Shown here: piece after piece, positions 8,910-19,141 of the stretch | Position numbering within the stretch: position 1 is the stretch's first letter | Layout: the number at the start of each line of letters is the position of its first letter | Origin: Acidobacteriota bacterium | GTDB lineage: Bacteria; Acidobacteriota; UBA890; WLXD01 | Assembly (NCBI GenBank): GCA_965205505.1 | Contig: CBDBHB010000009.1 | Span: 640,001-704,000, forward strand | DNA: 64,000 bases | Direction of reading: 5' to 3' | Position numbers and translations under genes: made by a program | The notes under the pieces: model-generated | Told to the model about the DNA's origin: nothing | Databases searched by the model: none | The model's input: only the letters and a program-made list of their open reading frames with translations

Positions 8910-11399
8910 ATGGCCGGCAATTCGATGCATTCCAATCTGTTGTCGCTGCGCCTCCTGCTGCTGGCGCTGGCAGCGGCTGCTCCCGTTGGCCTGCTGTCGC
9001 TCGGCTGGGCGGCTGGCGGCCCCACGCAGCAGGAGGACTATCGCGACCCGACGCAATTCCCCGCCTACTTCGAGGCGGGGCCACACGTGGAGGGTTATCG
9101 GTTCACCGAGCTGCCGCTCGATCGCGACTCGCCCTTTTACCCGTCGTCGGCCACCACGCGGTCCGAGGGCTTCTACTCGCAAGAACAGCTCATGGATGTC
9201 GAGCGCTGCGGTGACGTTGGGTGTCACCCCGACATCTACGACATGTGGTTCGAGTCGGCACACCACCTTGCCTCGATGAGCGACCCTTGGTACCAGCGTA
9301 CGGTGAAGTTCTTTCAGGAGCGGGCGGGGGTGCGCGCCTCACAGTGGTGTGGCGGTTGTCACGACCCGGCGCTGATGATGACCGGCAAGATGCAGGGAGA
9401 GGCGCCCATCGACTTCGAGGGTGCCGGCGCCAACATCGGCATCTCGTGTCAGTTCTGTCACAGCGTCGACCGGGTGCACTCGGCCCGGGCCAACGGCTCC
9501 TACCGGCTGGCGCCGGCCGCCGCGTTGCCCTATTCGGGTACCACCGATCCAGAGCTCCGGCAGCGCGGCAACGACGAGCTGCTTGCCGACCCCGAGTTGA
9601 TCAGCCGTCACAAGGCACGTCGCCGCAGCCCGTTTCATTCGTTGTCGCTGTTCTGTGGTACATGCCACAAGCAGAGCCTGATCACGCCAGTCAACAACTA
9701 CAAGTGGCTGCGCGGCTTCGACGAGTACGACGGTTGGCAGGCGAGCGGCATCTCGGGCGGCTCAGCGCGGTCGTTCTACTACCCGGAAAAACCCCTGCAA
9801 TGCCAGGACTGTCACATGCCCGAGGTGCCGTCGAACGATGCCGGTAACGATGACGGCATGGTCAACTCGCATCGCTTTCTGGGCGCCAACACTGCATTGC
9901 CGGCGGTGCTCGGCTACGAGGCGCAACTGCGAGCTACAGTGCAGTTCTTACAAGACGATCAAGTCACCGTCGATATCTTCGCTCTGCGACTGGGGCTACC
10001 GGGGGCGGCAGCACAGCTCATCGCCCCGGCCAACACCGCCCCCGTCAGCGTGGCGCCCGGCGAGTTGGTCGGTGTGGAGATCGTCGTACGAACGCGCGGC
10101 GTCGGGCATCAGTTCACGGGTGGCACGACCGACAGCAACATGAGCTGGCTCGAGGTGAGTCTCGTTGACGATCAGGGCCGGCCGGTGCTGATGTCGGGAG
10201 GGATGAACGAAGAACGCGAGGTCGATCCGAGCTCCCACTTCTATCGTGGTCTCTTCCTCGACGAGGCCGGCCAGGAGCTCGACAAGCGCAATGGCTGGGA
10301 TCGTCGGACGCCGGTCTATGTGCGCGCCATCCCACCGGGCGCCGCCGACACGGTGCACTATCGGTTCAGAGTTCCCGATGAGGCTCGCGGCGCGCTGCGG
10401 CTACGAGCCCGGCTGAACTACCGGAAGCACAAGCAGGCCTACAACCGTTGGGCTTTGGGGGCAGTTCCAGCCAACGCGCAACCGACCGAGGCGGTCAGTC
10501 GCCCGGAAGTTGACACTCGCCGGTGGGAGTACGACGACACCAAGGTTGCCGATTTGCCGACGGTAATTCTCAGCGAGGCCGATCTGGAGCTGGCCGTCCG
10601 TGCCGTGTCCACCAACGACACTCCTGGCTCACCGATCCCGCAGCGCGACGATTGGATGCGCTTCAACGACTACGCCATCGGCTTGTTGCGCCAGGGCGAC
10701 TCCCGCGCTGCGATCGAAGCGTTCCGAGTGGTGCAGCGGGTGTATCCGGAGTACGCGGACGGGTTCGTGAACGAGGCCAGGGCGCATCTGAGCGAGGGTA
10801 ACCTGGCCGAGGTCGAGGCAGTTCTCGAGCGGGCCACGGCGCTCGAGCCCGGCTATTTCAAAGTCGCATACTTCCAGGCACAGGCGGCGCGTGGCTTCGG
10901 GGAGTACGAGCGCGCCGCCGAGCTTCTCGAGCGGGTTGCGGAGGAATTTCCCTACGACCGAGTCGTGAGGCTCGATCTCGGCAACGTCTACTACTTGCTG
11001 GGAAAGTACGACGACGCCATTCGAGACCTCCTGTTCGTGCTCGATCAAATCGACCCGGAGGAGCTCGGCGCGCACTACAACCTGATGCTCAGCTACCGCG
11101 CGCTTGGCGACGACGCCAAGGCCCGGGTACACGAGTCACGCTATCTACGCTATCGCGAGGACGAGGACATCCGTCAGCTCACTGGGCAGCACAAGCGCGA
11201 GCACCCACACGATAACAACGAGGCACAGCCCATTCACTTCCACGAGCTGTCGGAGGTGTCGGGCTGGTTCAGCGCGCCGGAACGTGACCCGTGGACCGAT
11301 TGGCTCGAGGGTGGTACCCGCGCCCGGCCGGCGCGCGAGTTCCCAGGGCCGACACCACCGTGGCGGCGTACCGACCGCGCCACCGGCGAACAACCGTGA
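8910..11399 (+). CDS. Exported multiheme c-type cytochrome with C-terminal TPR domain
   Basis: Signal peptide; CGGCH, CQFCH, CGTCH, CQDCH plus atypical CGDVGCH; TPR helices at the C-terminus. Confidence 0.85.
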   Translation: MAGNSMHSNLLSLRLLLLALAAAAPVGLLSLGWAAGGPTQQEDYRDPTQFPAYFEAGPHVEGYRFTELPLDRDSPFYPSSATTRSEGFYSQEQLMDVERCGDVGCHPDIYDMWFESAHHLASMSDPWYQRTVKFFQERAGVRASQWCGGCHDPALMMTGKMQGEAPIDFEGAGANIGISCQFCHSVDRVHSARANGSYRLAPAAALPYSGTTDPELRQRGNDELLADPELISRHKARRRSPFHSLSLFCGTCHKQSLITPVNNYKWLRGFDEYDGWQASGISGGSARSFYYPEKPLQCQDCHMPEVPSNDAGNDDGMVNSHRFLGANTALPAVLGYEAQLRATVQFLQDDQVTVDIFALRLGLPGAAAQLIAPANTAPVSVAPGELVGVEIVVRTRGVGHQFTGGTTDSNMSWLEVSLVDDQGRPVLMSGGMNEEREVDPSSHFYRGLFLDEAGQELDKRNGWDRRTPVYVRAIPPGAADTVHYRFRVPDEARGALRLRARLNYRKHKQAYNRWALGAVPANAQPTEAVSRPEVDTRRWEYDDTKVADLPTVILSEADLELAVRAVSTNDTPGSPIPQRDDWMRFNDYAIGLLRQGDSRAAIEAFRVVQRVYPEYADGFVNEARAHLSEGNLAEVEAVLERATALEPGYFKVAYFQAQAARGFGEYERAAELLERVAEEFPYDRVVRLDLGNVYYLLGKYDDAIRDLLFVLDQIDPEELGAHYNLMLSYRALGDDAKARVHESRYLRYREDEDIRQLTGQHKREHPHDNNEAQPIHFHELSEVSGWFSAPERDPWTDWLEGGTRARPAREFPGPTPPWRRTDRATGEQP

Positions 11400-13141
11400 G
11401 CCATTTCTGGGCACTGCTGGTCGTTGCGATCGCCGTCGCGCTTACCCCAGCCGTGCCACGAGCCGAAGAGTCGACGCGCTTCATCGATCATACGGCTGCT
11501 GCCGGGCTCGATTTTCGACACGTCAGCGGCGCGTTCGGTAACAAGTGGATGCCCGAGAGCCTGGGAGCAGGCGTAGCACTGTTCGACGCCGACGGCGACG
11601 GCTGGACGGACATCCTGTTCGTTCAGGGAACGACATGGCCGGGACACGAGACGGCGGTGCCTGTGGAGTTGCGCGGATCTACGATGCAGCTGTACCGCAA
11701 TCGCGGCGACCGCACGTTCGAGAACATCACCCCCGGCTCAGGGCTCGAGGTCCCGCTCTACGGATTCGGCGCAGCCCCTGCCGACTACGACGGCGACGGC
11801 GACACCGACCTGCTGATTACCGCTTACGGTGCGAACCGCATGTTTCAGAACACCGGTGACGGTTCGTTCGTGGACGTGACCGAGGTGTCTGGCATGGGAC
11901 ATCCGGGCTGGAGCACTTCGGCGGCCTGGCTCGACTACGACCTCGACGGAGATCTCGACGTCTACGTAGCGAACTATGTGAAGTGGACGCCAGGAAACGA
12001 TATTTGGTGCTCGCTGGACGGCATCAACAAGTCCTACTGCACGCCTGAATCGTATGAGGGTGAGCCCTCGGTCCTGTATCGCAACGAGGGCGACGGCACC
12101 TTCACCGACGTCAGCGTCGAAGCCCGGGTGTTCGTACCGGGCGGTAAGTCGCTGGGCGTCACGGTGGCCGATTTCAACGCCGACGGACGACCAGATTTCG
12201 CGGTTGCCAACGATACCGAGCCCAACTTCCTGTTCGAGAACGCCGGCGACGGCACCTTCACCGAGGTGGGCTTGCTGTCGGGCATGGCGTTCGATGCCAC
12301 CGGCCGGGCGCGGGCCGGCATGGGGATCGACACCGCCGACCTGACCAACACGGGTCGTTTGGCGCTCGCCATCGGCAACTTCAGCAAGGAGATGATCGGA
12401 CTGTTCGAACAGGGCCCGAGCGGTCTTTTCGTCGACATCGCGGGACGCGCCGGGGTGGGACGGTCGAGCTTTCCGTTTCTTACATTCGCGCTCTTTTTCT
12501 TCGACCATGATCTAGATGGCTGGCTCGACCTCTTCACCGTCAACGGCCATCTGGAATCCCGTATTGCCGAGGTCGAGGCCAGTATCGCCTACGAGCAACG
12601 CCCCCTGCTGTACCTCAACCGCGGCGATGGAACGCTACAGGAAGTAGGGGAGCGCGCCGGCGAGGCCATGACCCGCGGCATCGTCGGGCGTGGAGCGGCC
12701 TACGCAGATCTTGACCACGACGGTGACCTCGACATCGTGATGACGAGCAACGACGGGCCCGCCTACCTGCTGCTCAGTACCACTCGTGATCACCAGGATC
12801 CGCCGCACGTCGTGCGCATCACGCTCCGTGACGCGGCTCCCAATACGGCCGCGATCGGTGCCGCGGTAACGGTGCGCGCCGGCGAATGGCAACAAGTGCA
12901 GCTGGTGCGCTCGGGCTCGTCATACGCCTCGCATAGCGAGCGCACGCTGACCTTCGGTCTGGGCGCTGGTGAGGTGATCGACACGGTAGAGATCATCTGG
13001 CCCGACGGCGAGCGGCAGGAGCTCGAGGGCGCTGTCCTGGCCGAGGCGGTGGACCATGAGCTGTTGATCCGGCGCGATGGCGTCGAGGCGCGACTGCGTC
13101 TCGAGCCCACGGCAGTCGCGCCGGCGTGGCGCGCTCCGTAG
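11396..13141 (+). CDS. CRTAC1-family protein (FG-GAP/VCBS repeats + ASPIC/UnbV)
   Basis: Repeated D(Y/F)DxDGxxD motifs; C-terminal AIGAAV..SGSSYAS..FGLG; GTG start overlapping the upstream TGA. Confidence 0.9.
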   Translation: MSHFWALLVVAIAVALTPAVPRAEESTRFIDHTAAAGLDFRHVSGAFGNKWMPESLGAGVALFDADGDGWTDILFVQGTTWPGHETAVPVELRGSTMQLYRNRGDRTFENITPGSGLEVPLYGFGAAPADYDGDGDTDLLITAYGANRMFQNTGDGSFVDVTEVSGMGHPGWSTSAAWLDYDLDGDLDVYVANYVKWTPGNDIWCSLDGINKSYCTPESYEGEPSVLYRNEGDGTFTDVSVEARVFVPGGKSLGVTVADFNADGRPDFAVANDTEPNFLFENAGDGTFTEVGLLSGMAFDATGRARAGMGIDTADLTNTGRLALAIGNFSKEMIGLFEQGPSGLFVDIAGRAGVGRSSFPFLTFALFFFDHDLDGWLDLFTVNGHLESRIAEVEASIAYEQRPLLYLNRGDGTLQEVGERAGEAMTRGIVGRGAAYADLDHDGDLDIVMTSNDGPAYLLLSTTRDHQDPPHVVRITLRDAAPNTAAIGAAVTVRAGEWQQVQLVRSGSSYASHSERTLTFGLGAGEVIDTVEIIWPDGERQELEGAVLAEAVDHELLIRRDGVEARLRLEPTAVAPAWRAP

Positions 13142-13343
13142 CCGTAGCTCGGATTGCGAGGGCCGCTCACCAGGCGGCTCGGCCCCTGGTGGATAGCCAG
13201 CGCCCGCTCGACGGTTCGTGTCTTGCCCGTCTCGGGACGCCGACGTACGCTGAAAGCTGGTTTCCTGACCTAAAACAGCCTCGAGCCACCTTCGAGTCAG
13301 GCCACCACGCACCCTCCCCCTCGACTCCCCACTAAGCGCAGCA

Positions 13344-14702
13344 ATGGAAACCCCGGATCTCGAGCCCGCCAGGAGAGCCACGTCCAGCGACGTGAACCCG
13401 TCTGGGCCCACGTCACACAAGGTGCCCTCGGCCATCGTCGGCCTCATATTGGTCCTCGGTGTGGCCATCGGTGCGTTGTCGGTAATTGCCGCTGTAGGTT
13501 TCGGTTTGCTCGATGGCAGATCCATGGGCTTCGGATCCGCCGAGATGCCCCTGACGGACCAGGGGGGACCAGGCGACGACCCTGGGGGCGAGCCACCGCT
13601 CGGTCCGATGGCCGCGCCGGTCGAGGTCGTGCCCGCGGTCGAAATCGTGGCGGCAGAAAGAGTCGAGCTGCTCGGTACGGCCGCGCCGGTGCGCGAGTCG
13701 TTGGTGGCCAGCGAGGTCGACGGCCTGCTTTCGGAGCTGCGCGTTCACGAGGGTGACGCGGTCCGCCGTGGTCAGACACTTGTGCGGCTAAGGACCGCGG
13801 CTCTCGAGCAGCAGCTCGCTGCGGCGCGCGCAGCGCGCGCCGAGACTGACGCGCGGCTGGCTCGGGCCAGTGCCGATTTCGATCGCCTTGCCAGCCTGCT
13901 GGAGCGCGCTGCGATCTCGCAGCGCGAGTACGATCAAGCGGTTTCGGACCGAGATGCGTTCGTCCAGGGTGTGGCGCGCCTCGACGCTGAGGTGGCTCGA
14001 TTCGAAGACGATCTCGAGCGTGCCGCCGTGCGGGCGCCGTTCTCGGGACGGGTCTCGGCAGTGCATGTCGAGATCGGTGAGTGGGTCGCGCAGGGGGACG
14101 AGATCGTCTCGCTGGTCGACCTGTCGGAGGTCGAGGTGGCGGTACAGATCGCCGAGCGCTACATCTCGGCGATACAGGTGGGATTCCCGGTCGACGTGAG
14201 GCTGGACGCATTGCCCGGGCGGGACTATGCCGGGACAGTGAAGGCGATCGTCCCGCAGGCGGTGCCAGAAGCGCGTACCTTCCCCGTTCTGATACGCGTG
14301 CAGAATTCGGACTTGGGGATCAAGGGCGGCATGGCGGCTCGCGTGTCGGCGCAGCTCGGCAGCCCCGAGCCGGCAATGCTCGTGAGCAAGGATGCGATCG
14401 TGCGCCGCGGCAACCAGGTGCTTGTCTTCCGCGTCATGGCCATGGGCCCGCCGTCTGAGCCGAGTGGCGTCGGCACGCGTGGCGTGATCGAGCAAGTGTC
14501 GGTTGACATTGGCCCGGCGCGGGGACACTGGCAGGTGGTCTATGGAGCCGTTGCGGAAGGCGATCTCGTGATCGTGCGCGGCAACGAGCGCGTCTTCCCC
14601 GGTCAGCCGGTACAGGTATCCGCCGTGCGCGACCTGGCCGTACCGATGGCCGATCTAAGCAAGCCGATCGCCATCGATCCTCGACAAGAAGCGGGCTCAT
14701 GA
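13344..14702 (+). CDS. RND efflux periplasmic adaptor (MFP)
   Basis: VASEVDG..VHEGDAV, coiled coil, VRAPFSGRV, ARTFPV. Confidence 0.9.
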   Translation: METPDLEPARRATSSDVNPSGPTSHKVPSAIVGLILVLGVAIGALSVIAAVGFGLLDGRSMGFGSAEMPLTDQGGPGDDPGGEPPLGPMAAPVEVVPAVEIVAAERVELLGTAAPVRESLVASEVDGLLSELRVHEGDAVRRGQTLVRLRTAALEQQLAAARAARAETDARLARASADFDRLASLLERAAISQREYDQAVSDRDAFVQGVARLDAEVARFEDDLERAAVRAPFSGRVSAVHVEIGEWVAQGDEIVSLVDLSEVEVAVQIAERYISAIQVGFPVDVRLDALPGRDYAGTVKAIVPQAVPEARTFPVLIRVQNSDLGIKGGMAARVSAQLGSPEPAMLVSKDAIVRRGNQVLVFRVMAMGPPSEPSGVGTRGVIEQVSVDIGPARGHWQVVYGAVAEGDLVIVRGNERVFPGQPVQVSAVRDLAVPMADLSKPIAIDPRQEAGS

Positions 14703-17700
14703 AGCTCGTCGACGCGTCGATCAAGTCTCCCGTTAGCGTGACGGTCGTCGTACTCCTAGTGGTGCTGTTCGGCATGTTGGCGCTGCTCCGCATTCCGGTT
14801 CAGCTGATCCCCGACGTCGAGGTGCCGCGGGCGGTGGTGACCACCGTGTGGCCGGGCGCGTCGCCGGAGGAGATCGAGACCGAGATCGTTCAGAAGCAGG
14901 AGGAGCAGCTCAAGTCGCTGGAAGGGTTGGTGAAGATGACCAGCCAGAGCAGCCAATCCACCGGAACGGTGACGCTGCAGTTCCAGATCGGCGTCGAGCC
15001 GGACGCGGTGCTCCTGAAGGTGAGCAACCGCCTGCAGCAGGTGCCGCAATATCCGGCCACGGCGCTCAAGCCGGTGATCACCAGCAAGTCTCCCTTCGAG
15101 CAGAACGTCATCGCCTGGATCGTCCTACAGGCGTTGCCGGACGCGGACGTGGACATCGAGCTGCAGCGCGACTTCGCTATCGAGGTGGTGCAGCGCACCC
15201 TCGAGCGTGTTCCCGGGGTCGCCGTCGCCCAGATCTGGGCCGGCCGCGATCGTGAGCTCCAAGTCACCGTCGACCCGCAGAAGCTGGCGTTGCGTGGATT
15301 GTCCCTGTCGCAGGTGGCCGCAGCGCTCGACGCGGAGAATCGCGACATATCCGCCGGCGACTTCGACGAGGGAAAGCGGACCTACATCGTCCGAACGGTT
15401 GGTGAGTACACTGCGCCGGAGCAGATCGAGGAGGTGGTGCTGGCGTGGCGCGACGGCGGCCCCGTCTACACGCGCGATGTCGCCACGGTCGAGCTCGGCT
15501 ACGCCAAGGCGACGTCGGTCATGCGGCAGCGTGGCCTGCCCACGATCGGTGTTGCCGTGCAGCAGCAGTCGGGCTCAAACACGCTGGTGGTGATCGAGGG
15601 GGTAGAACGCGCGGTGGCGGAGCTGAACGCCGGAAGCGTCGGCGAGCGCGGCATGCGCTTGGTGATCGCGTTTTCGCAGGGCGATTACATCGACGGCGCT
15701 ATCACGCTGGTGCAGCGCAACATCTTCATCGGTGGCTTGCTGGCGCTGATCGTGTTGCTGTTGTTCCTGCGTAGCTTTTCGAGCGCCATGGTGGTGGGGC
15801 TGGCGATCCCGGTCAGCGTGGTGGCGACCTTCCTGGTGATGAGCCTGCTAGGTCGCAACATTAACGTGGTCAGCCTGGCAGGGATGGCGTTTGCCGTCGG
15901 CATGATCGTCGATGCCTCCATCGTCGTGCTGGAGAACATCTATCGCCACCAGCAGATGGGGAAGCCTCGTGCGCAGGCAGCCTACGACGGCACGGTTGAA
16001 GTGTGGGGAGCGGTATTCGCTTCGGTGATGACCACGGTCGCTGTCTTCCTGCCGGTGCTTTTTGTCCAGGAGGAGGCCGGGCAGCTATTCCGTGACATCG
16101 CGGTGGCGGTATGTGCCGCGGTGCTGATCTCACTGGTCGTGTCGGTAACGCTGATTCCAAGTCTCTCGGCCCGCATTCTCGGCAGGGTGGCAGCCGGTGG
16201 GGTCGCGCCCCCAGCGCAGCCCGGCCGGCGTGGCAAGCTCGGCTGGGGCGGGCGACTGAACCGGCGCATCGCCGACTTCACGTACTGGCTTTCGGGGTCA
16301 GCGGTGTTGCGTGTCGTTGCCGTGCTGGTGCTGGCGGGGGGCGCCGTGATCATGGCCTGGTCACTGATGCCCGAGACCGAATACCTGCCTACCGGCAACC
16401 AGAATTTCGCCTTCGGGCTGCTCCTTCCGCCGCCCGGCTACAACATCGACGAGTACTTGTCGATGTCGGAGACGTTGGGTGAGGTGTTGCGCCCCTACCG
16501 CGACGCCCTGCCGGACTCGCCCGAGGCGGCGCAGCTGGACGCACCACCGATCGAGAACGACTTTTTCGCCTCGACCGGGTTCGGGGCGTTCATGGGTGTG
16601 ATCGGCTACCAGAGATACGCCCAGCGCACCGGTGAGCTCGTTCCGGTGCTGCAGCAGGCCCTCGGCCGGCTTCCCGGGACCTTCGGCATCGTGCAGCAGC
16701 CATCGATCTTCCAGCGCGGGCCGGACGCTGGCCGCGCCATCGACATAGATCTAACCGGCCCGGATCTGAACGTGCTCCTCGCGCTGGGCGGTCGGGTGTT
16801 CGGGTCTGTCATGGCGACCCTGCCAGGCGCCCAGGCGCAGCCGATTCCGGGGTTGGATCTGGGCAATCCGGAGGTCCGTGTGATTCCGGATCGCGAGCGC
16901 GCCGCCGAGCTCGGGATGACGGCGTCGGAGCTCGGCTTTGCGCTCAACGCCCTCGTGGACGGGGTGAAGGTCAGCGAGTATCAGTTCGAGGGCAGGGCGA
17001 TCGATCTCGTGCTCAGGGGTGCCACGCCGTACGCGACTCGCTCACAGGATATCGAGGCTCTCAACATCGCCACACCGGCGGGGCGGGTGGTGAGCGTCGG
17101 CGATATCGGCCGTGTCGTCGAGACCAACGGCCCCTCGCAGATCATTCGTATCGAGCGCCAGCGCGCGGTGACCATTCGCGTGCTGCCAGCCCGCGAGATG
17201 CCGCTCGAAACGGCGATGGCGACGATCCAGGACAGCATCCTGGAACCGATGCGCGCCGACGGCTCGCTGTCGCTTCCCTATGAGGCGACGCTGGCCGGAT
17301 CGGCCGACAAGCTCACCACGACACGGCAGTCTTTGCAGGGAAACATGTTGTTGGCGTTGGTGGTGACCTACCTGCTGATGGCGGCGTTGTTCGAGTCGTT
17401 CCTTTACCCGTTCGTCATCCTGTTCTCGGTGCCGTTCGCGGCACTTGGCGGTTTCGTCGGGCTCGCTCTGGTGAATGGATTCATCGCGTACCAGGCACTC
17501 GACGTGATCGCCATGCTCGGTTTCGTGATACTCGTCGGCGTCGTCGTCAACAACGCCATCTTGATAGTTCACCAGACGCTCAACTACATGCGCGATCGCG
17601 GGCTGGGGCACCGCGAGGCGCTGCGCGACGCCGTCTCCGACCGCGTCCGGCCGATCTTCATGAGCACGCTTACCTCGGTCATGGGCATGGCGCCGCTGGT

Positions 17701-17884
17701 GCTTGTGACCGGGCCCGGCAGCGAGATCTACCGCGGCCTGGGCAGCGTCGTGGTGGGTGGGTTGGCGGTCTCGACGATCTTCACCTTGTTTCTCGTACCG
17801 GCCGTGTTCTCGATCGTAATGGACGTGCGCGCCGCGGTGCTGCGGGTGGTGCGAGGTAGCGACGAAGCGCGCGCCCGGGCCTGA
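14699..17884 (+). CDS. RND efflux permease (AcrB/AcrD/AcrF family)
   Basis: 1061 aa; GMIVDASIVVLENI, GVVVNNAIL, RVRPIFMSTLT. Confidence 0.95.
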   Translation: MKLVDASIKSPVSVTVVVLLVVLFGMLALLRIPVQLIPDVEVPRAVVTTVWPGASPEEIETEIVQKQEEQLKSLEGLVKMTSQSSQSTGTVTLQFQIGVEPDAVLLKVSNRLQQVPQYPATALKPVITSKSPFEQNVIAWIVLQALPDADVDIELQRDFAIEVVQRTLERVPGVAVAQIWAGRDRELQVTVDPQKLALRGLSLSQVAAALDAENRDISAGDFDEGKRTYIVRTVGEYTAPEQIEEVVLAWRDGGPVYTRDVATVELGYAKATSVMRQRGLPTIGVAVQQQSGSNTLVVIEGVERAVAELNAGSVGERGMRLVIAFSQGDYIDGAITLVQRNIFIGGLLALIVLLLFLRSFSSAMVVGLAIPVSVVATFLVMSLLGRNINVVSLAGMAFAVGMIVDASIVVLENIYRHQQMGKPRAQAAYDGTVEVWGAVFASVMTTVAVFLPVLFVQEEAGQLFRDIAVAVCAAVLISLVVSVTLIPSLSARILGRVAAGGVAPPAQPGRRGKLGWGGRLNRRIADFTYWLSGSAVLRVVAVLVLAGGAVIMAWSLMPETEYLPTGNQNFAFGLLLPPPGYNIDEYLSMSETLGEVLRPYRDALPDSPEAAQLDAPPIENDFFASTGFGAFMGVIGYQRYAQRTGELVPVLQQALGRLPGTFGIVQQPSIFQRGPDAGRAIDIDLTGPDLNVLLALGGRVFGSVMATLPGAQAQPIPGLDLGNPEVRVIPDRERAAELGMTASELGFALNALVDGVKVSEYQFEGRAIDLVLRGATPYATRSQDIEALNIATPAGRVVSVGDIGRVVETNGPSQIIRIERQRAVTIRVLPAREMPLETAMATIQDSILEPMRADGSLSLPYEATLAGSADKLTTTRQSLQGNMLLALVVTYLLMAALFESFLYPFVILFSVPFAALGGFVGLALVNGFIAYQALDVIAMLGFVILVGVVVNNAILIVHQTLNYMRDRGLGHREALRDAVSDRVRPIFMSTLTSVMGMAPLVLVTGPGSEIYRGLGSVVVGGLAVSTIFTLFLVPAVFSIVMDVRAAVLRVVRGSDEARARA

Positions 17885-18401
17885 GTCCGCAGCCGTCTTG
17901 ATCCATCCCGGCGATCGTCGCTGATTGCGGATGGCCGCTTGTCACAGGATGACGGGCCGTCGTTTGGAGCCTTGTCTCGCCGCCAGCGCCAATTAGCCGA
18001 TGAGTCAGAATCGCGCCGAGGTTGTCGATCGCCCGACGCGCCGCAGCCGGCGTGACATCAGCACCCCGCAGGTGCGCATCCAGCAGATCCGCGATCCAGC
18101 GTCGCAGCAGCTGCCGGCGGATGGTCTTCGCCTTGGTCTTCGTCGGTGCCAGGATCTCTGCAATAGCACCTAGCGAAGCGCGATCCGGCCGGAGATACTG
18201 ACCGTACCGGCAGCCGCTCATGGCGCCCTGCGTGATGCCGAGCCCGGTAGCGATTGTGCGCATGGAGGCGGGGTGCTCGTCGATGAGCTCGCCGAGGTAG
18301 GAGCCGAACTGGCGGAGCGGGTAGGCGAGGGGGCGGGCGAAGGAGCTGCGGCGACCTCATCATCGGGCGGCCTTTCGTTCAGCGGCCGGATGACGCGACA
18401 T
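17781..18401 (-). pseudogene. XRE/Cro-type HTH protein with two early in-frame TGA codons
   Basis: ATG 18401 overlaps the globin stop (TGATG); MSRHPAAERKAAR-TGA-TGA-GRRSS..QFGSYLGELIDEHPASMRTIATGLGITQGAMSGCRYG..P; the 3' end overlaps the RND gene and is uncertain. Confidence 0.55.
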
Positions 18402-18910
18402 CACTCATTCGGTCGCGTGACGATGTCGGCTTTCGTGCTTCCAATGATCTCCAACAGTTCACCTTGTTCTTTCGCCGGCACGTTGAATCCGTCGAGGACC
18501 ATGATGAAATCCTCGACCATCTGATCCCATTCTGTCCCGCTGATGTTCATGTCTGCGTGGGACTCCTTCATGGGCCGACCGGTGTATTCCTGAGGCCCCC
18601 CCGTCACCTGGCATACCAATGCCGTGACCTTGGCCTTGAGTTCGTCTGGGTTGGCCCGATCGCGGGCCTCCTTGATCGCGGGATTCGCATTGAGAACGTC
18701 ATCGCTGCTGAGCACGTCGATGAACTCATCGACGACAGCCGCGATCGCATCTTCACCGCCGAGCCGCTCATAAAGGGATGTCTCCGGCGCAGTGGTGGCG
18801 TCGGGCGAAGGCGTCTCCTCAGCGGCGGGAGCCGCCTGTTGGGCCGGGGAGCAGCTGGCAACGGCGGTCGCTACAACAAGCAGGGCGAGTAGCCTCAGGC
18901 GAGATTTCAC
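18401..18910 (-). CDS. glbN: Group I truncated hemoglobin, lipoprotein
   Basis: GTG 18910 after AGGAGG; lipobox AVASC; SLYERLGG, TGGPQEYTGR, proximal His in MKESH. Confidence 0.85.
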   Translation of the reverse strand: MKSRLRLLALLVVATAVASCSPAQQAAPAAEETPSPDATTAPETSLYERLGGEDAIAAVVDEFIDVLSSDDVLNANPAIKEARDRANPDELKAKVTALVCQVTGGPQEYTGRPMKESHADMNISGTEWDQMVEDFIMVLDGFNVPAKEQGELLEIIGSTKADIVTRPNE

Positions 18911-19021
18911 GGGACCCTCCTTTTCGTGAACTGGGATTTCCCAGATAGCCACTGTCGAGTCGTAGTCGTTGTCCTCGCCTTCGGCAGAGCCGGGACCAGA
19001 GGGCTACTCCGAAGGTGGGTC

Positions 19022-19107
19022 GGCGGTGCTCAGCAAAGGCTGCTCAGCCTAGCGGAATAGATCGGCTCTCACCACGGGAGAGCGCGCAGCCGGGCGACCT
19101 GCGAGGG
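19022..19107. repeat. Upstream repeat element, copy A
   Basis: 19022-19082 equals 22002-22062 (60/61); 19081-19107 equals 19731-19757 (25/27). Confidence 0.9.
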
Positions 19108-19141
19108 CCTTTCGTGACCCACTCAATCCCTCCCTTCGGGA

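Noticed and set aside
13142-13343. Possible IS-end relic (TAAAACAGCCTC) between the ASPIC and MFP genes
   Set aside because: No matching inverted partner or second copy found in the window
18357-18362. Selenocysteine read-through of TGA TGA
   Set aside because: The context is an Arg-rich non-catalytic N-terminus of an HTH protein, not a Cys-equivalent position; no convincing SECIS
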